From the human T2T-CHM13v2.0 reference genome, Homo sapiens: DNA of 64,000 nucleotides. Under the pieces are notes generated by a model. It was not told where the DNA came from. It worked only from the letters and a program-made list of their open reading frames with translations, and made no database searches. Every line of letters begins with the position of its first letter. The stretch's first letter is position 1. Both the position numbers and the translations under genes were made by a program. Positions 61,429 through 64,000 of the stretch are shown piece after piece. The stretch is from NCBI RefSeq assembly GCF_009914755.1, contig NC_060947.1. One strand, written 5' to 3'.

Positions 61429-63408
61429 AAATGAAATCGTTGAAAATGGAGTAGGGAACTCCAGAAGTCCACCTCTTCATAAAAGCAATGAAAAAAGTGG
61501 CAAAAACTGTCAGAATCAACTTTTTCAGAAGTTTGAAAATTAACCAAAAGCTTGCAACAACTCAGAGAGTGCTTATTCATGAAAAATGGCTGATTATTGG
61601 CAAGAACAGAGCTTTGTAGCATTTTAAATCACCCTGGTTTTATCTACCACTCCCCAGCTTAGTTATAGCCTTGAAAATAATATCCTGCATTCCAACACCA
61701 GTACGAGATGGGGCAGAAGGACCTGATTTGCAAAGAATTGCCTTTAGTTGATCTGTCTGGTGGCCCTCTGGAATACCTGGTCAAAAGATATATCTTTATC
61801 TTGCCTAGCTCCAAACTCACCCAGTCCTAAACTCACTACCGGGGGGCATATTTGTTGAAATATTTACAGGTAAATATTTTATTTATTGCTGCCTGCGGCA
61901 ATGGATAATGGTTGAGACAAACAATAGACTAACCGAAAATCTTGGTAAGAAAGTCTGAGATGTGTAGGGGAATAAGGGCTTTGAAAATTTCCAACATATT
62001 TCTGGGAAGGCAGAAGGCTGCATGCAAGTTCGAGGCTGTGTGCATGCTCAGAAAAAACCTGAGAAGGCCTTAAGCTCACCTCTCTGGTCAACCTCGAGGC
62101 TCTGCACAAACCAGAAGTAAAGACCAAGGTAGTATTGTAGACTGCCTGTCTGAATGTTGAAGACATGCATCAGCATGCACAGAGAACGCCTCTGCAAACA
62201 GTGGGAGAATTTTTGGTTCCAGGCATTTAAGGAAATCTCTGTTCAATTGTTGGCTAATCACCAGGCTGACCAAACAGAGTCCTCAGTGACCAAACATAAG
62301 AAAGAGTATAGACTTTACAGAATTATATCAGTAAATTATATCAGTAAAGTTGTTAGAAAAACAACAACAAGCAGTAACATCAACAAGCTCTGGGGATGAG
62401 GGAATATCTGATTTCCAGAGTTGCCATATTATGATGTTCAAAATACCCAGCTTTCAACAAAAATTTATGAGGCAAGCAAAGAAACAAGAAAATATGGCCC
62501 ATACAGAGCAGAAAAAAATGACAATCAACAGAAACTGTCCCCGAGGAACACCAGATGTTGGACTTTGTAGATGAAAACTTTAAAATAGGTATTTGAACAT
62601 TTTAAATACATCCAAAGAGCTAATGGAAACCATGTCTAAAAAGTGAAAGTAGGAGAACAATGTATCACCATATAAAGAATAAGAATATAAAGACAGAAAT
62701 TACAGGCACACCTCATTTTATTGCACTTCACTTTATTGTGCTTTGCAGATACAGCATTTTTTACAAATGAAAGGTTTTTGGCAACCCTGCATTGAGCAAG
62801 TCTATTGGCACCATTTTTCCAACAGCATGTACTCACTTTGTGTCTCTCTGCCAGCATTTTTAGAGCAATAAAGTATTTTTAAATTAAGTTATGTGCATTT
62901 TTTAGACATAATGCTATTGCACACAATGGACTACAGTATAGTGTAAACATAACTTTTATATGCACCAGGAAACCAAAAATTCATGTGACTTGCTTTATCA
63001 TGACATTTGCTTTATTATGATGATCTAGAACTAAACCTGCAATATCTCTGAGGTATGCTTTTATAAAAAAGAACCAAACAAAAATTCTGGAGTTGAAAAG
63101 TAAAATAACTGAAATGAAAAATTCAATAATGGGGCTCAACAGAAGATTCGAGCTGGCAGAAGAAAAAATGAGAAAACTTGAAGACAGGTCAGTTGTGATT
63201 ATTCAGTCTGAGGAACAGAAAGAAAAAGAATGAATAAGAATGAACAGAGTCTCAGTGACCTGTGTACTAACATACACATAATGGGAGTCCAAAAGGAGAG
63301 GAGAGAAAGAAAGGGGAAGAAAGAATATTTGAAGAAATAATGAAAAACATAAATCTACACATCCAAGAAGCTCCACGAACTCCAAGTAGGATCAACTCAG
63401 TAAACTGG
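61429..63408 (+). mobile_element. L1M 5' region (L1MC/MD-like 5' UTR and partial ORF1), no 3' end or poly(A)
   Basis: GCAAAAACTGTCAGAATCAACTTTTTCAGAA 5' UTR motif. ORF1-like coiled coil (GLNRRFELAEEKMRKLEDR) at ~63130-63190. Flanked by GAATAGA on both sides. Confidence 0.75.
62703..63061 (+). mobile_element. Tigger1 internal-deletion derivative
   Basis: TA|CAGGCACACCTC...GAGGTATGCTTT|TA. The Tigger1 5' ~145 bp is joined to the 3' ~210 bp near 62848. Confidence 0.85.
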
Positions 63409-64000
63409 GAATAGAGATAGTTTTACTTCTTTCTTTCAAACCTGGATATCTCTTTTTGTTTGTTTCTTGCTTGATTCCACTAGCTAGGACTTCCATTACG
63501 ATGTTAGATGGAACTGATTAGAGTGAACATCCTTGCCTTATTCCTAGTCTTAGAAAGAAAACATTCAGTCTTTCACCATTAAGTATGATTTTATCTACAG
63601 ATTTTTCATAGATGATAGTCTGTTGAGAGTTTTTATAATGAATGGATATTAGATATTGTCAAATACTTTTTCTGAATTTGTTGAGATAATCATGTGTTTT
63701 TTGTCCTTCATCTTATTTATGTAATATATTACATTAATTTTCAGATGTTAAATTATCCTTGCATTCCTGGGATTAAAAGAATCTCTTGTTATGATGTTTA
63801 ATATTTTTCACAGGTTTCTGGTATTTTAGCTTACTTAAATTTTATTAAAATTTTTGCATCTATATTCATGAAGTATATTTGTCTGTTGTGCTCCTTTCAT
63901 GTCATGTTTTTATCTGGCATTGGTATCAGGGTAATATTGGTCTCAGAAAATTAATTGGGAAGAGTTTCCTCCTCCCCTATTTTCTGGAAGAATTTATGAA

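Larger units (their letters stand above)
59475..64000 (-). mobile_element. Old L1M (L1MB/MC) 3' UTR and ORF2, interrupted at 61429-63408, running off the window
   Basis: Antisense 3' end ACAGCTTTATTAAGGCATAATT. ORF2 is collinear across the insertion (ATCATGTCATCTGTGAATAGA...GAATAGAGATAGTTTTACTTC). Confidence 0.85.

Noticed and set aside
59525-62348. Short tandem duplications TTAAGTGTACAATT x2 (~59527) and ATTATATCAGTAA x2 (~62322), also AAAAAGCAGTGAAAAAA x2 (~26842)
   Set aside because: Ordinary slippage duplications inside decayed repeats.

Overview
Primate, human-like genomic DNA: AT-rich, CpG-depleted, and dominated by interspersed repeats (Alu, L1, L2, MIR, MaLR/ERV1 LTRs, Tigger/Mariner and hAT DNA transposons). 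I see no intact protein-coding exon, RNA gene, CpG island or CRISPR-like array. The only gene-derived sequence is a full-length processed pseudogene of mitochondrial ATP synthase subunit c isoform 2 (ATP5MC2/ATP5G2) at 25549-26178 (-). I cannot support a new biological system here. The notable content is unusual insertion architecture: (1) an L1 3' transduction that carried an ancient CR1/L3 reverse-transcriptase fragment and a fold-back sequence into a THE1 LTR; (2) an MSTA provirus with a 5-bp target duplication directly against its primer-binding end and no 5' LTR; (3) a twin-primed inverted L1 with the priming microhomology still visible; (4) an unexplained ~150-bp-arm inverted repeat bracketing a MER5A and a MIR; (5) a 5'-only, tail-less L1 inserted into another L1. 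Repeat subfamily names are from recalled consensus sequences and need Dfam/RepeatMasker confirmation. Boundaries of old repeats are approximate.
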